Source: Antedon mediterranea
Lineage: Eukaryota; Animalia; Echinodermata
Assembly: GCF_964355755.1 (NCBI RefSeq)
Contig: NC_092679.1
Coordinates: forward strand, 22,613,432-22,677,431
Length of the DNA stretch: 64,000 bases
Direction: 5' to 3'
Shown piece by piece: positions 46,032-60,000 of the stretch (positions are counted from its first letter, which is position 1; every line of letters begins with the position of its first letter). Both the position numbers and the translations under genes were made by a program. Under the pieces are notes generated by a model. The model ran no database searches. It worked only from the letters and a program-made list of their open reading frames with translations, and had not been told where the DNA came from.

Positions 46032-49000
46032 GCAATCGTTTATCAGGACAGTTTAGAATTGAAATTTATTATTATTAACACAAGCAACATCCAGTGTGGT
46101 CGATCATCATAAACATGTGCGTCTTGAGGCAATGTGATTGGCTGACTGCACATATCCATTGATCTGCTTTTAACGTCTGACTCCCCCCTTTCCCCTAAAT
46201 CCAGGATCCGGAGACAAATATTATTACCTGAACTATAACGATTATTTTTAATTACTTTTTTCTTATCTAGTATAGTAAATTAGTATAATTTATATAGGTA
46301 TATAATATATGTATGCACGCATGTTTATTTGTAATGTGTGTTATATAGTTATGTAAATATATTGTACACATGATTAAGTACACGTTTGTTGTACATATTT
46401 ACATAACAGTATCAAATATTCTATTATTAAGACTGGCCTTCTTATCGAGTGAATGCCAAAACCCCCGATTGGGGTCCGGTAAATTGTTATATAAATACGA
46501 GCCTGCGATTGTAAACAAATTTAGATAACGCGCTGAAGTCGTAACTAATTATTTAAAAAAATAATTTTGTGTAAATTGTTCTTCCAAAATCTGATGTATT
46601 GTTTTTGTGGAGGGCTTATGTGTTTTGATTCAGGAATACCTACTCTTATACCTTGTATATATTTGAGCTGCGTATTAGAAAAAAATAGGTCTACAATGTT
46701 GAAATATAGAGCATGAATATAATACTTTTCACGTGGGTTTGATTATTTCGCAAAAACATTTTGTAGCCGTGTCATCCCCTAGACATTCCAAAAGTTCATA
46801 AAGTTGTTCAGAAAAGTCTAAAAAAAGATTTAAAAATACATTGAAATGAAGATTATTTAAATAATTAAATAAACCATTGACTGGATGTTGTGGTTCTAGA
46901 ATTGTCGCACCTGCTGTCTTGACTAATAATGCAAATTTTGGTGCAAATGGTTGATGATAAAATCAGTAAAATGTTTATTTAATTAAACTTTGATTAATAT
47001 AATAATTTATATACAGTAGCTCTCTATATCGGCTTTAAAATAGGCTATATACTATGACCAAATTTGAATAAGCTTATTAAGGGTGGATTATCAGAATGTT
47101 ACAACTCATCACATTTATTGTGCAGGCCTATTTTACTAGATCTGAACTAATAATTTGCCAAAAACAAATTTAGATTCTGAAATTTAAATGAAAATTCAAC
47201 AATCTAATCTATTTTTTGTGTACAAAAATACATTTATTCATGAAATCATTAATAGAATTAAGGATTAAATGTTATGGTATTTTAAAAATCCACCATTTTG
47301 TGTACATCTGTAGCAATACTGTAGGTTAGATATTTGGTATGATTGATTAAAGGAAGAGAATACTGTGAGGGAAAAACCAAAAATAATTAAATATCACTTT
47401 AAAATACTACAGTGATTTTGTTATTGTGTAATTGGTATATTCAATTTTATTTAATAAACAGACAGACATTAACATTACTAAAATAATTCTGTAAATTTTG
47501 TAGGCAGGTAAAGTACTTAGTTTTGTGCAGTTCTCTTGCCTATTAATACACTGTAGGCATACACATTTTATTTAGTTAGCTCTAGTATATGCTGCAGTAA
47601 GGCTATAGAGTTACTGCAGTAACATTTTCATCAGTACAATAAAACCCTGCCTTGGGACATCCGTATTATGTACAGTAGACACTTTTGTTGGGTGCTGAAT
47701 GTGTCCCTTTAATAGCAGTTCTTTCTACTGTAGTTATAAATATGTTTTTATCTGGATTAATGGGACTCGGGGGAATCTTGAATCGACGAGGGCGCTCTGG
47801 ATACCTGGATGAAGGGGGAACGTTTACGAGATAAATAACAAGCCAACATTTTTGTTTCTATACATTATATTATATACTGAATATTATAAAATTTCGTTCT
47901 CTAATCTGAAGCATACATAAATCTAAATAGGTGAATCTTAAATTGAGATAAACTGAACTTGTATAAAGATAGTTATGATGAAGCAATGTGAAAAAATACA
48001 GGTCTAACTCTAATTAAGGACCTGTCAAAGACCGCCTATATCATAGCAGAAATTTATGTGGTCCAGAACTAGTAGTAGTAGTAGCCACAAGAACACTGCC
48101 CCAGTACTGGTAGTATTTACTATAAAACCAGTTTAAAAACCAATAGTAATGCAACTATTGAAAAACAAACTGGTTAAAGGCTAGAACACAACTGGTAATA
48201 GCTGGATTTCGTGGTAATTTAACAAAGCATGACTGTAATGTTCACTCGTTTCTGTTGAATTACAATTTATCGCCCCACAACCAAAATTAACTAGTATTTT
48301 AATAATATGAACTGCTTTAAAAAATGGTAGTAACGTTTTATTAGAACACTGTTCTAAAAACATATAAATACTAGAACAATGTGCCACAACTGATAACTGC
48401 TAAAAGACCGTCCCAAAACTGGTCTTTAATTAGAGCTAGGCCTGTGTGCATTAGACAATTAATAATATGTATAATATTGTATTTCTTGATTTAAAATTAC
48501 TGAATCGATCTATGTGGTTATTTTTTATTAACAATTTTATTTTGTCTTTGAGGGAAATTTTTTTATTAATTTTGATTCCGTGATGTTTGTGCGAGTGTAC
48601 GTAAATAAATGGTTCTCTCTCTCATGTACATTTGATAACGTATCATTAGTAAATTGGAATTAAAAAATGAGCATGGACAGATGGCTTGATATATATTGTA
48701 GATGTTTAATCTTGCATATAATGTGTACAGGTATAATAATATTAATATAAATTGTTGAAAGATAAGGCCTTGTTTTGCTGTCGGCTGCTGTCCTGTTTAA
48801 TTGTTTCACTATATGTTGCAATATATTCTACACTATTTAAAGGGAAATTGGATTGAAATGGTCTCCCAATTATCTATAATGTTCATAGCCCAATACAAAC
48901 CATTAAAAGTTTTACAAAAATTATAAAAAAAATAATTTAAAAATGATAGCAAACAAACTTTCTTCAGGCCTAATAAAAAAAAAAAATTAGTTAAGCCACC

Positions 49001-49507
49001 ACTGTCAGGCATTGCGCATAGTAGGTTGCCTGCCATACAATCAGCATTTTTTTCACTATGCTTTAACAAAACAAAAACCCAGTATTTACATCTAGCGCTT
49101 TTATTGTAGAATTTGGTTCAAATATATTGGTTGGGTGTTTTATTTTGTCTTTGTGACCAATGGTTGCTTAATGTAAACGAGAAATTTATATATATTAAAA
49201 TTTAAGAACACCAGCCAGTGAATGGTAGAATACGATTGATTTTGTAGCTATGAATTATAAATTGCTTAAATATGCTTTTTAATGATCCGCAGTGGATTTG
49301 TTACCTTCAATAAAACTGGGTGAAAAGAGCAATAATATGATTGAATAAAAATTACCACTCAATTTACGTACAAAATGTTCAATAAATACACAACAGTGTT
49401 GTTTATTGGGTATGATTATTATTTCAAATTCGTGAAGTACATTTGTGTAGATGCAGTTGTTCAAACGACTGATTTATAAGACAGTTCGGGAGGATAATGA
49501 ATAAATG

Positions 49508-49861
49508 TTTATTTATTTTTTATTTTATTCAATCGAAACCAACAGCGATAATTACCGCCACTAACAGGTTTGATACAAACAAAGCCAGGACTGTTTAAAG
49601 CACCTTGATTGGTCCTGATATTGATCAAGGGCTTCTCTCGTCCAGTGCCCACCTTGACCAGAGGTCTGAGGCAGATACTAGATGCAGGGGCTGCCATAAG
49701 AGTCAGCAGTGCTGATTTCAAATGCCTAATGGGACCCCAGCTCCGTATACAGCACCCGCTATTCCCAGATGGTCTCCCATCCAAGCTCTAACCAGGCCCA
49801 ACGTTGCTTAACTTCGGTGATCTGACGAGAACCGGTGTTTCAACGTGGTAAAGCCGTATAA
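49508..49861 (-). mobile_element. 5S rRNA-derived SINE (SINE3-type)
   Basis: 5S head without an oligo-T terminator, a ~210-bp structured body, then an A-rich tail (gaataaaataaaaaataaataaa). Confidence 0.65.
49745..49861 (-). rRNA. Divergent 5S rRNA-like sequence (head of the putative SINE, probably not a functional 5S gene)
   Basis: Minus strand tatacggctttaccacgttgaaacaccggttctcgtcagatcaccgaagttaagcaacgttgggcctggttagagcttggatgggagaccatctgggaatagcgggtgctgtatac. A box (agttaagc) and C box (tggatggga) are retained. Confidence 0.75.
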
Positions 49862-50089
49862 ATATATATGTTGATATTCTGATCTAAAATATATTAATAC
49901 AGTGCTTTTATTACTTAATATGGAGGAGCCATTCAACCTAGTGGTACCTGGAAGTCATGGAGGTATACATTTATTTTTTAACTCCATGCTAAAATCGGTT
50001 CCTATTTTCGAATATAAATAGACCTTGAAACATTTTATGTAACGCTATACCAATGCCACATGTTGATTTAGTATTGGATTTGTCTACAT

Positions 50090-50520
50090 TGCAACCTAGT
50101 TTTTATGTGACGATACAGAGGGCGCCATTCTATTAAAAACTTAATTGCGCATTTAAAAAGTACGAAAAAAATCGCAACCAAGTTTGTGTGACGATATAGA
50201 GGGCGCCATTTAATTATTCTTTATTTCAAGCCAACAGTGTAAAACACCAATAACAGGTTGAAAATAAAATAACTAAACTATATGTATAAGCCAATATAAG
50301 TATATACAAAAATGTAAATAAGATTATTTAATTTTATTTCGCATTAAAAATGGTACGAAAAAATAATCGCAACCCAGTTTGTGTGTGACGATATAGATGA
50401 CGCATTCAAACTTTACTGCGCATATTAAACCATAGTCAAAAGAAAGTATTGACTATGATAAAACAAATACGAAAAAAAGGCAAACCAGTTTGTGTGACGG
50501 TATAGAGGGCGCCATTCAAA
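50090..50520 (+). repeat. Four dispersed direct copies of a ~35-bp motif ending AGAGGGCGCCA
   Basis: gcaaccaagtttgtgtgacgatatagagggcgcca-like at about 50091, 50174, 50369 and 50480. A perfect inverted copy lies at 53885-53919. Confidence 0.85.
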
Positions 50521-51096
50521 TTAATCCAATGTATGGTGCAATGGCAATGGATAGCATCAGAGCCTTTAATAGTTGTAAAATTAATCAAATATAAAAAAAA
50601 ATGTTTTTGTGGTATTTATTGATGACGCTAACGTTTCAATTATACACAGATTGAGAGCCGTAGCCAATATCAACGAACCATTTCATTATAATTAAACAAC
50701 TTTGCTTTGATTAGAAAAAGAAGACTAATTGGCCGCTTTTATCATAATACAGGCGCAATATGTGATATATATGTAACACTGTATTACAGAATTTACCATG
50801 ATACTGGACAGATAATGCCATATGTGGAAATACAGTAGGAAGTCGGATAGACTGATTTACCCGGAGCTTTTCAATTTCGTTTAACCGTCTTACCACCTGC
50901 AAACCACAACCATATTATTAGCATATTATGCAAATTAGAGAAGGTGAAACACCTTGTCGTGTGGACTTGCTACGTATCAACATGACTGCCTAGTATGTTA
51001 ACGGGCTAGAGAAAATTGGAAACTTAACAAAGCTGTTATTAGCTTGTGCATTGTTGTTTACCGTTGGAATTAAAGTGATTCGGCCAGCAGGTCTTA

Positions 51097-54000
51097 ATGA
51101 ATTCTTCTTCGCCCCGGATCTTAGCTTTATTTGTTTGTTTTTGCTTTCTTTGTTTTTACGCAGCCTTATCAGCAGAACATGCCGGTCAGCAGAGCGATCC
51201 ATCTCCGGAGCCAACAGCAGCAATAAAGGTATGTTTTGTTGTTTTTATGGTTAAGGCCAATTTACACAGACGAGCGGTAAAGGTAATAAAATATAATACA
51301 GTATAGAATCTATGTTGGAACTTATTTCTTACAAATTATTATTTACAAAAAACGGGCGGTTTCCGATACAGATTCTATGTTGGACAAGCTACGCGGTTTC
51401 CACTCAGGATAGATACAGATTATATGTTGGACAAGCTACGCAGTGTTCCGCTCAGGATAGATACAGATTCTATGTTGGACAAGCTACGCGGTTTCCACTC
51501 AGGATAGATACAGATTATAATATGTTGGACAAGCTACGCGGTTTCCACTCAGGATAGATACAGATTATATGTTGGACAAGCTACGCAGTGTTCCGCTCAG
51601 GATAGATACAGATTCTATGTTGGACAAGCTACGCGGTTTCAACCTCAGGATAGATACAGTTTCTAGGTTTGACCAGCTACGCGGTTTTCCGCTCAGGATA
51701 GATACAGATTATATGTTGGACAAGCTACGCGGTTTCCGCTCAGGATAGATACAGATTCTATGTTGGACAAGCTACGCGGTTTCAACCTCAGGATAGATAC
51801 AGATTCAAGGTTGGACAAGTTACGCGGTTTTCCGCTCAGGATAGATACAGATTCTATGTTGGACAAGCTACGCGGTTTTCCGCTTACGTACCGTTACCGC
51901 TCGTCTGTGTAAATTGGCCTATACGCTGTACTTACTTACTCACTCGCAGTGGTTGTTGGTCCTACAATTTTTATACATTATGTCACTCATTTGCAGTACT
52001 AGTAGCCATGTGCTTTGATACTGCAACGTATATATTATTTTGAATATAAATTTATTAATAATCCGGATATAGATTAGATAATTTAATTGGCAAGTAGGCC
52101 TAAATAATTCAATTTAAAGATGTATTGTCCCCCTAAAAAAATCTTAAACATTGTTTTTGTTGAATATGTCATTTTAATGTATCCACTTTGATCAAAAATT
52201 GGATCGAACAAAAATGTATTTACCTGGAAAAAACTAATTAGTTTTTTTTTTACTACGGAAATGATTAACTTGATTAAAACTTCAAAATAACCTATGTCTG
52301 ATTTATTTAATCTAATTTAATCTAGGTGACTATCTTAATGATTTGTAATGATCTGTTGATTGTGGTTGATCAAATCACTTACGTTGTGCTTGCGTTGCGT
52401 CTCTTAAGCTTGGTTCCCACTAGAACGTAACGCAAGGACGTAAACGCAACGCAAGCGTTTTAACCAATGACAAGCGAAGTTATAGACAGTTAGCAATCAA
52501 AAGCGAATAAGCCATCGCGTGTGATTGGTCAATTCACTTGCGTTGCGTTACGTCCTTGTGTTGCGTCGCTAGTGGGAACCACGCTTTATTGGTACCAAGC
52601 TTAGGGCCGGGGTAAAATGGAAGTCACGGTGCGCGCCATCAACAATAAGGTGGTGGTATAGTAATTATATGATCTCATATTGTACGGTATACTCTCGATA
52701 TCATACGATAGTTTTTAGAGCGCCTTATAACAGATTATAAACATTGATAATTAAATCATTCTCAAATCAGTAACTATACTCGACATTTGACACTATTATA
52801 ATATTTACCTTCTAGAATATTGGTGAAGAAGAACAAGGAGCAATAAACGCAAGTATGTCTTTTAATTATATATCATTGTGTATATACAAAATACATTAAC
52901 TGATAAATATAAATATATTATTATAAAATGCAATAGAAACACTCCAAAACTCTAGTACAGAGAAATGTTTAAGTATAATAATTCATTTTGTAGAATTATA
53001 TCCAATGGTATTTTATACGAAAATGTCCAATACATTTTAATATCCAAGAAGATCCAAGAAACATTTATTATATATGGCCTTTGGCCCAAATAATATACAA
53101 TGTAATACAATATTAAATAAATATCAGTTGAGTGCGTTTAAAAATTCTGTTCTACGTTTAAATGAAAAAAATAAATATTTTCCAAGTTTAACAATAATAA
53201 TAATAATAATAATAATAATTTTAATAATATAATTAAGCAACCTATCGCCATCGTCGCCATCATAGTAAATACTCCAGAAATTAATAGCTTTATTTCTTAG
53301 AGCCTGTCATGTTTTTAAAATATATAATCATTGTTGTCCACCTTATTTATGCAATCGTTTTATTAGAATTTCAGACAGTCATAATTACAATACTAGGGGA
53401 TGCAATTTTAATTTTAGAATCCCAACTATCAAGCCAATGGCACATGTGACCTTTTTTTACAATGCTATTAAAGAATGGAATAATTTACCAATTAACATTA
53501 AGGAATCACAAACTGTTTGTTGTTTTAAAAGTAAAGTTAAAAAGTATCTACAGGAACGTTCACTAGCTCTAGAAACTATTTAATTAGCGCTTCTTCTTTT
53601 TTCGATTGTCCTTTTTGCTGTTTTTTGTCATTTTTATTATGTTGCTTTGTTTGTCTTTTTTGCTGTTCTTTCAAAGGACCTCATTGGAAACAAGTCCGTA
53701 GAGGACTTTTATGAGTTATCCTTGGCATCCTTGTTTTATATTGGTATTTTTATATTTGTCAATTTTAATTGTATGTCTGTGATATTTTATGTACTGATGC
53801 CGAAATAAATCAAATCAAATCAAATTATAATAAAAACATACAAATTGAGAACAACTCATTTCCCCAGTACAGTATTGATTTGATTGGCGCCCTCTATATC
53901 GTCACACAAACTTGGTTGCAATTATTTATTTTAATTATAAAATAATGCCTGTGTATACGCTTTAATACAGCACCGCCGTACTCGCGTGTATTTTGCGATT

Positions 54001-57000
54001 GAAAGTCGATGGCTTATCATTAGTCTGCTTAATGTTTTGTATAACAATTAGCTTATCCTAGTGTGTTACACGAGCATTACTCGAAATATATCACTAATTT
54101 TAATTGCAACATTGCAACAAACAAATAATGGTAACTGCAGTTTTATTTTATTCATTAGCAATATTTATTTTATTGAAGGAAAATGTGGCGGACGTATTGT
54201 AGAAGACGAAATAGGAACTTTAAGTTTTCCCGGTGATGGAAGAAATTACACAAACAATCAAACATGTACATGGCGGATACATGTGCCATTCAGAAAGACC
54301 ATACGACTGCGGTTCAAATCGATCGATATACCAAACACGACTGAAGAATGCTCAGAAAGCGACCACGTGTCTTTGTATGACGGTTACAGGTATGGGACGC
54401 TACTCGGCAATGTTTGCGGCAAAGAGTGGTCACGACAATTCCGATCACATTCCAGTATCATTGGTGTCGTGTTCCATTCTGATAATGATGGACTTACTGG
54501 GTTAGGTTTCAATTTACAATTCGTGGCAGTCACGGGAAATATTGGCAATCGAAATCCGTTTGCAAGAGGAGGTGATGCCTCAGGATCATCTGGTGTTAAT
54601 GCGAGTAAATCTTTTGCCCCAAGAACCACAAGACAAGCACAACCAAAGAACCCTTCCAGCAATCCATTGGCCATGCTTATGTCATTTTCTTTAAGTCAGT
54701 TAGTCACCAGAAGACCACAGCGTATTGATATTCCAAAACAACGAGTGCCTGCAAAAGTAGTTCCGGTTATCGATCTTAAAATTACAAATGAAACGAAACT
54801 TTGTGACGTGTTAGAAAAAACGCTATCGAATATTTTGCATAATATACAGGTGTTTGAGGAAGTTAGTTACTTGGCATCAGACCCGTCAGAAATCATTGAA
54901 CTAAAGCAACTTCAACTAATGACCGACCAAGCTGTGTTAAACACGTTGTCGACAGATTTTGAAAATAGTGATTTTGAAAACAGCGAGTGCGTAAGGAACA
55001 TCAGTTCTGCCTATAATACCATATTAAGTAAGATAATCGATGACGCCGAATTGGCCCCGACGTCTCTGTACGTTAACCCAACGATTGAAAGTGAAATTGT
55101 CGATCCTTTAGAAATACCAGTTACTGATATGAGCGATATTATACAATACCTTGATCTGGAAGATACCGAGAAATTGTGCCAGGAACTGAACACCTCTTTA
55201 ACCGAAACGATCGGGTCATTGTGGCTGCTACTAGAACTGGGGTCAATTGTTACGGATGAAAAGACACCGATTCAATTCGTTATAGATATTGTGAGAGAAA
55301 ACTTATTCAATCTTATCGACCAAGTCGACTGGTTTGAAAGCATCGCGGTAAATGCTACCTGTTTACAAGAAATTAAAGACATGATTCCAGAATACTTAAA
55401 TTTTACGTCATACATTGAACCAGATGATGACGTCATCGATGAAAGAGAGGAGTTTATTTGCAGTACTGAGTTGACTGAAGCTCAAGGCGTGATGTATTCG
55501 CCTGGGTTTCCGAGAGGGTATCCAAATGAAATTACTTGCGAGTGGTTTATTACTGCTCGTCCTTCTAAGCTTATTGCTGTGAAATTCATCCGCTTTAAAA
55601 TGGACTCTGTTGCACAGGTGACTGGGTGTGACCGGTCGTACGACTACATAGAAGTCGTCTACTGGTGGAAGGGAAAAATCCGTAAAGTTGATGTATATTG
55701 TGGTGTAATACCACCACCTGTTATTGTCTCTTTATCCAACAAGGTATCGCTTATTCTACGAACGAACGACCGGGTGACGAATGAAGGCTTTATTGCTGTT
55801 TACACTGAAGTTAACAAATACCCTATTCCTGATCCAAGCAAAATTGTGTTTCCAACGCAACTTGCTGACGCGTTCGTTGCTGCCACTAACGCACCTGTTG
55901 TCACGGAAGCAGACGCATTTCGTGTGTTAATTAAAGAAGGCAGTAGTGGTATGTGCGTACATTATCTTGTTGGTGAACAAGGTGAATTTTCGTCACGTGA
56001 AATGTTTGCAGATTCAAGAAAACCGAACCATTGCGTTTGGAACATTATGGCAGAACCTTGGAAATATATTACGCTACATTTATCGTTTGATCTGAGTCCG
56101 CGTTTGAGTGGTGTTTGCGACCATGATCGCGCTTACATTGTGATCGTTCAAAGTAACTCTTCTATTCATGATGAACCTCTTTGTGGCAAACGCGACATGC
56201 AGCTGACGTCACCAGGAAATTCCATCAGAATTGTCGTCAATCTAAATGATCAGCCGGACGCCAGCTTTGAGGCTAGATATATAACACAAGACAATCCGAA
56301 TATGCAGCAACGTTTGTATGCACATGGTGGCGGTGTTCAACAACCAACATCAGCTTTCTCCGATGTATTTCCATCATGTGGTGAGGTACTGAAATCTGCA
56401 GAAGGCGTAATTACTTCACCAAACTACCCAGCGGAATTCACAACAAATATTAACTGTCTATGGAGTATCTTAGCCAATCACGAAGAGTACATTATACTAA
56501 AATTTGATGATTTTGACTTGGACTCCAAACCAGTGTCGCAGAAATGTGACGACTTGTACTCAATGGTAACGATACACTACATTGCTGATAGAATTGTTTC
56601 AAAAGATTTCTGCGGTACTGGTTTGCCGCATGTGATAGTTTCAAAAGGAGACCAGTTGACGATCACGTTCAAGAGCCTAAATGGGTACGGAAGAGGATTC
56701 AGTGCCAAGTACAAAACTATAGCAATGGGATGGTTTTCGGCTGTAAAAGCCCAGGGTTTGGACTATTACATCGCGCATGGTTACAAAAGAAAAGTAGAGC
56801 AGTCTACAACAGTTGCCGCCTACGATGCTAGAAGAATTCATATTAACTCGTACGTTGATGTAGAAGATGTTAATCTTGACTGTAGTTTCAGATTAAACGA
56901 TACATTCGATGTATTCTCCAGCCCAGTTAATACAAACGGGTTTTACCCGCACGATTTGGTTTGTAAATGGGATATAACCGCAACGTCATCAAGTAGAGTA

Positions 57001-60000
57001 TCTCTACATATTACTGACTTTGATCTTGATAGTCCTAGCAGTGACGTATGCGACACGCAATACTCTTACGTCACTGTATTACGCACTAATGAAGAAGGTA
57101 TAGTTGAAGTGAGCAGACATTGTGGAGTTGGTACTGTGCCAGTTGTATCATCATTTGGACATCTTGTCGTTCTTTTCCACAGCAAAAGAGGCATTGGAAC
57201 GGGCTTTAAAGCAAGGTATATTCTAAATGATTTATCTTACATCACCAGGCCTACAGAGTTGTCTGGTTGCGTATTTTGGCCGGAACCTGGTAGCGGCGAA
57301 ATCGAAATGAGCACCGATTCTGTCGACGCGTATCAGACAAGTAACGTTTGTGTATGGAATTTGTTACCGGTTCCGGATAAAATACAAAGCTTGTATTTAA
57401 GTTTCGAGTCTTTTCAACCAGATACTATAACATGTCTGACAACTAATCCTTATGTTATTGTGACGTATACAGATTCGGCTTGGAGGGTAGTCGATGACGT
57501 CATTTGTGGCACTCATCAACAAACCGAATTCACTTCTGTTTCCGGTAATATGATGATAAATTTATTTAATATTGACAAACGTACTACATTTAAAGCATTT
57601 TATTCATCTGAAATTGGCGGTAGAAGAATAAAGCCCGAAACTGAATCAACAGGACCACCATGTTTGTTTGCGATTTCGGGGGATGAAGGTGAATTCGACA
57701 ATTATCAAACTAGTGCTTTCTCAGAAGAATGTGTTTGGAAGATCACTGTAGACAGCAAATTCGTAATTGTACTCACGTTCGAAGAAACTCAACTACAGGA
57801 CTGCAACCAATTAATTGTTGTTGACGTCCGCGAGGGTGTCCCATTTGAAGTTGATACATGCGGCATACAGCAGAACGCATTCCTTTCTTCGTCAAATTAT
57901 TTAGAAATAAAGAGGCTGAAATATTCACAACTGGAGTTCAAATTCAAGTACACTGCGGTAGACCCGCTGGGTTACGGGTTCAGAATGCTTCGTCCTCCTG
58001 CGCCCAGAAGTACTACGACTGTCAGACCTTTTCGTTCACTGCCCCTTATGAACAGGCCTACCCAAGGGGATGTTTTTCCGATGAATGTTTCAACCATCAA
58101 ACCACATTTCCAAACAACGTTACAAGAACGGTACTTACCAAGAACCACCAAGCAATCTATCGCACCGATGACTGTCCCTCCTATTTCATCAACAGATGTC
58201 GTCTGCGGCGGAAACCTTCGCGCCTTAAATGGAACTATCCTATCACCTCGTTATCCGAGAAATTACCCAGAAGCTACGCAGTGCACTTGGACAATTCTAG
58301 TCGGTGATGCTAGTTTTATTGTGCTTGATTTTATAGATTTTGACGTCGGCACCCACTCGTTACCAGAGGATTGTGAAGAGATGTACGGATACTTAGACAT
58401 CTTATCACTTCCAAATGAAAGAGCACTGATGCGATTGTGTGGAAAAATGTCGCCACAGTCGTTCTTTACGAATTCAAGTAGTGTTAAGATTGTATTGTTT
58501 ACAAACTATGGGCTTGGAAGAGGGTTCCATTTGAAGTATTACAAAATAGTAACTGGTGTTACAGACTACACTGTGACAGAATCGCCGTTTCGAAAGTTGC
58601 CGGAACAAACGATAAAGACTCCATGTATCAGAACGTATGTAGAAGAAAATGGGGCGTTCCATTCGCCTGGTTACCCTAACGGGAACACACGAAATATAAA
58701 CTGTAAATGGGAAATAATTTCTCCCAATAACGAGTACATAATGCTGGAGTTCAAAGTATTTGACCTGGGTCAAAAAAACGTCGAGTTTAATTCCAAATGC
58801 AGTAAAGCACACTCGTATGTTAAGATATCAAACGTACGTACTGAAAAATCCTATACTGATATAACATTCTGTGGAAACAGACGACCAGGTATTATAGTCT
58901 CGTATTCGACTCATTTATTGATTTCAATGATGACACGTGATTATAAGGTCAAAGGTTTCTATGCAAATTTTAAAGAAGTTAAAGAAACGTACATTTCGAG
59001 TGTTTTGAAAGGAGAAAGCTTACCTACAACAGTTAGCTACGAAAATAGGCCGTCTACTGAAAGTACGAAACTGCCAGTAACGACTCCTTACACTCGATAC
59101 ATCTCAGACCAGCTAACTTTTACAGGAATTATCAATACTACTACGAAAGTGACCGATAGAGCGCGAACAACTACAGTAAGCCGAAATAACGATTTTCCAG
59201 ATATTGACCAAAGATCATTTCTTCACACACCGTCCAGTAGTAACATAACTGCGACAGTCAAAACAACCAATGTAACATCTAGCAACATTACCACTACTAG
59301 ATGGTTTCCAGGAATGCGGAGGCTAGGAGAGTGGCCGTCTACTGAAAGTACGAAACTGCCAGTAACGACCCCTTACACTCGATACATCTCAGACCAGCTA
59401 ACTTTTACAGGAATTATCAATACTACTACGAAAGTGACCGATAGAGCGCGAACAACTACAGTAAGCCGAAATAACGATTTTCCAGATGTTGACCAAAGAT
59501 CATTTCTTCACACACCGTCCAGTAGTAACATAACTGCGACAGTCAAAACCACCAATGTAACATCTAGCAACATTAACACTACTAGATGGTTTCCAGGAAT
59601 GCGGAGGCTAGGAGAGTGGCCGTCTACTGAAAGTACGAAACTGCCAGTAACGACTCCTTACACTCGATACATCTCAGACCAGCTAACTTTTACAGGAATT
59701 ATCAATACTACTACGAAAGTGACCGATAGAGCGCGAACAACTACAATAAGCCGAAATAACGATTTTCCAGATGTTGACCAAAGATCATTTCTTCACACAC
59801 CGTCCAGTAGTAACATAACTGCGACAGTCAAAACAACCAATGTAACATCTAGCAACATTACCACTACTAGATGGTTTCCAGGAATGCGGAGGCTAGGAGA
59901 GTGGCCGTCTACTGAAAGTACGAAACTGCCAGTAACGACCCCTTACACTCGATACATCTCAGACCAGCTAAAGTTTACAGGAATTATCAATACTACTACG

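Noticed and set aside
49745-49861. Functional 5S rRNA gene
   Set aside because: Solitary, many substitutions, no oligo-T terminator, and it continues into a body and A-rich tail.
51355-51885. CRISPR-like regular array
   Set aside because: Whole units repeat with no unique spacers, there are no cas genes, and it lies in a eukaryotic intron inside MITE TIRs.
54061-54178. N-terminal part of the 2117-aa ORF-track call
   Set aside because: Intronic read-through from a GTG. The real exon starts at the acceptor at 54179 and the signal peptide is in exon 51097-51228.
57858-58812. Overlapping alternative-frame and antisense ORFs within the CUB exon
   Set aside because: Expected by-products of a long coding exon, with no domain features.
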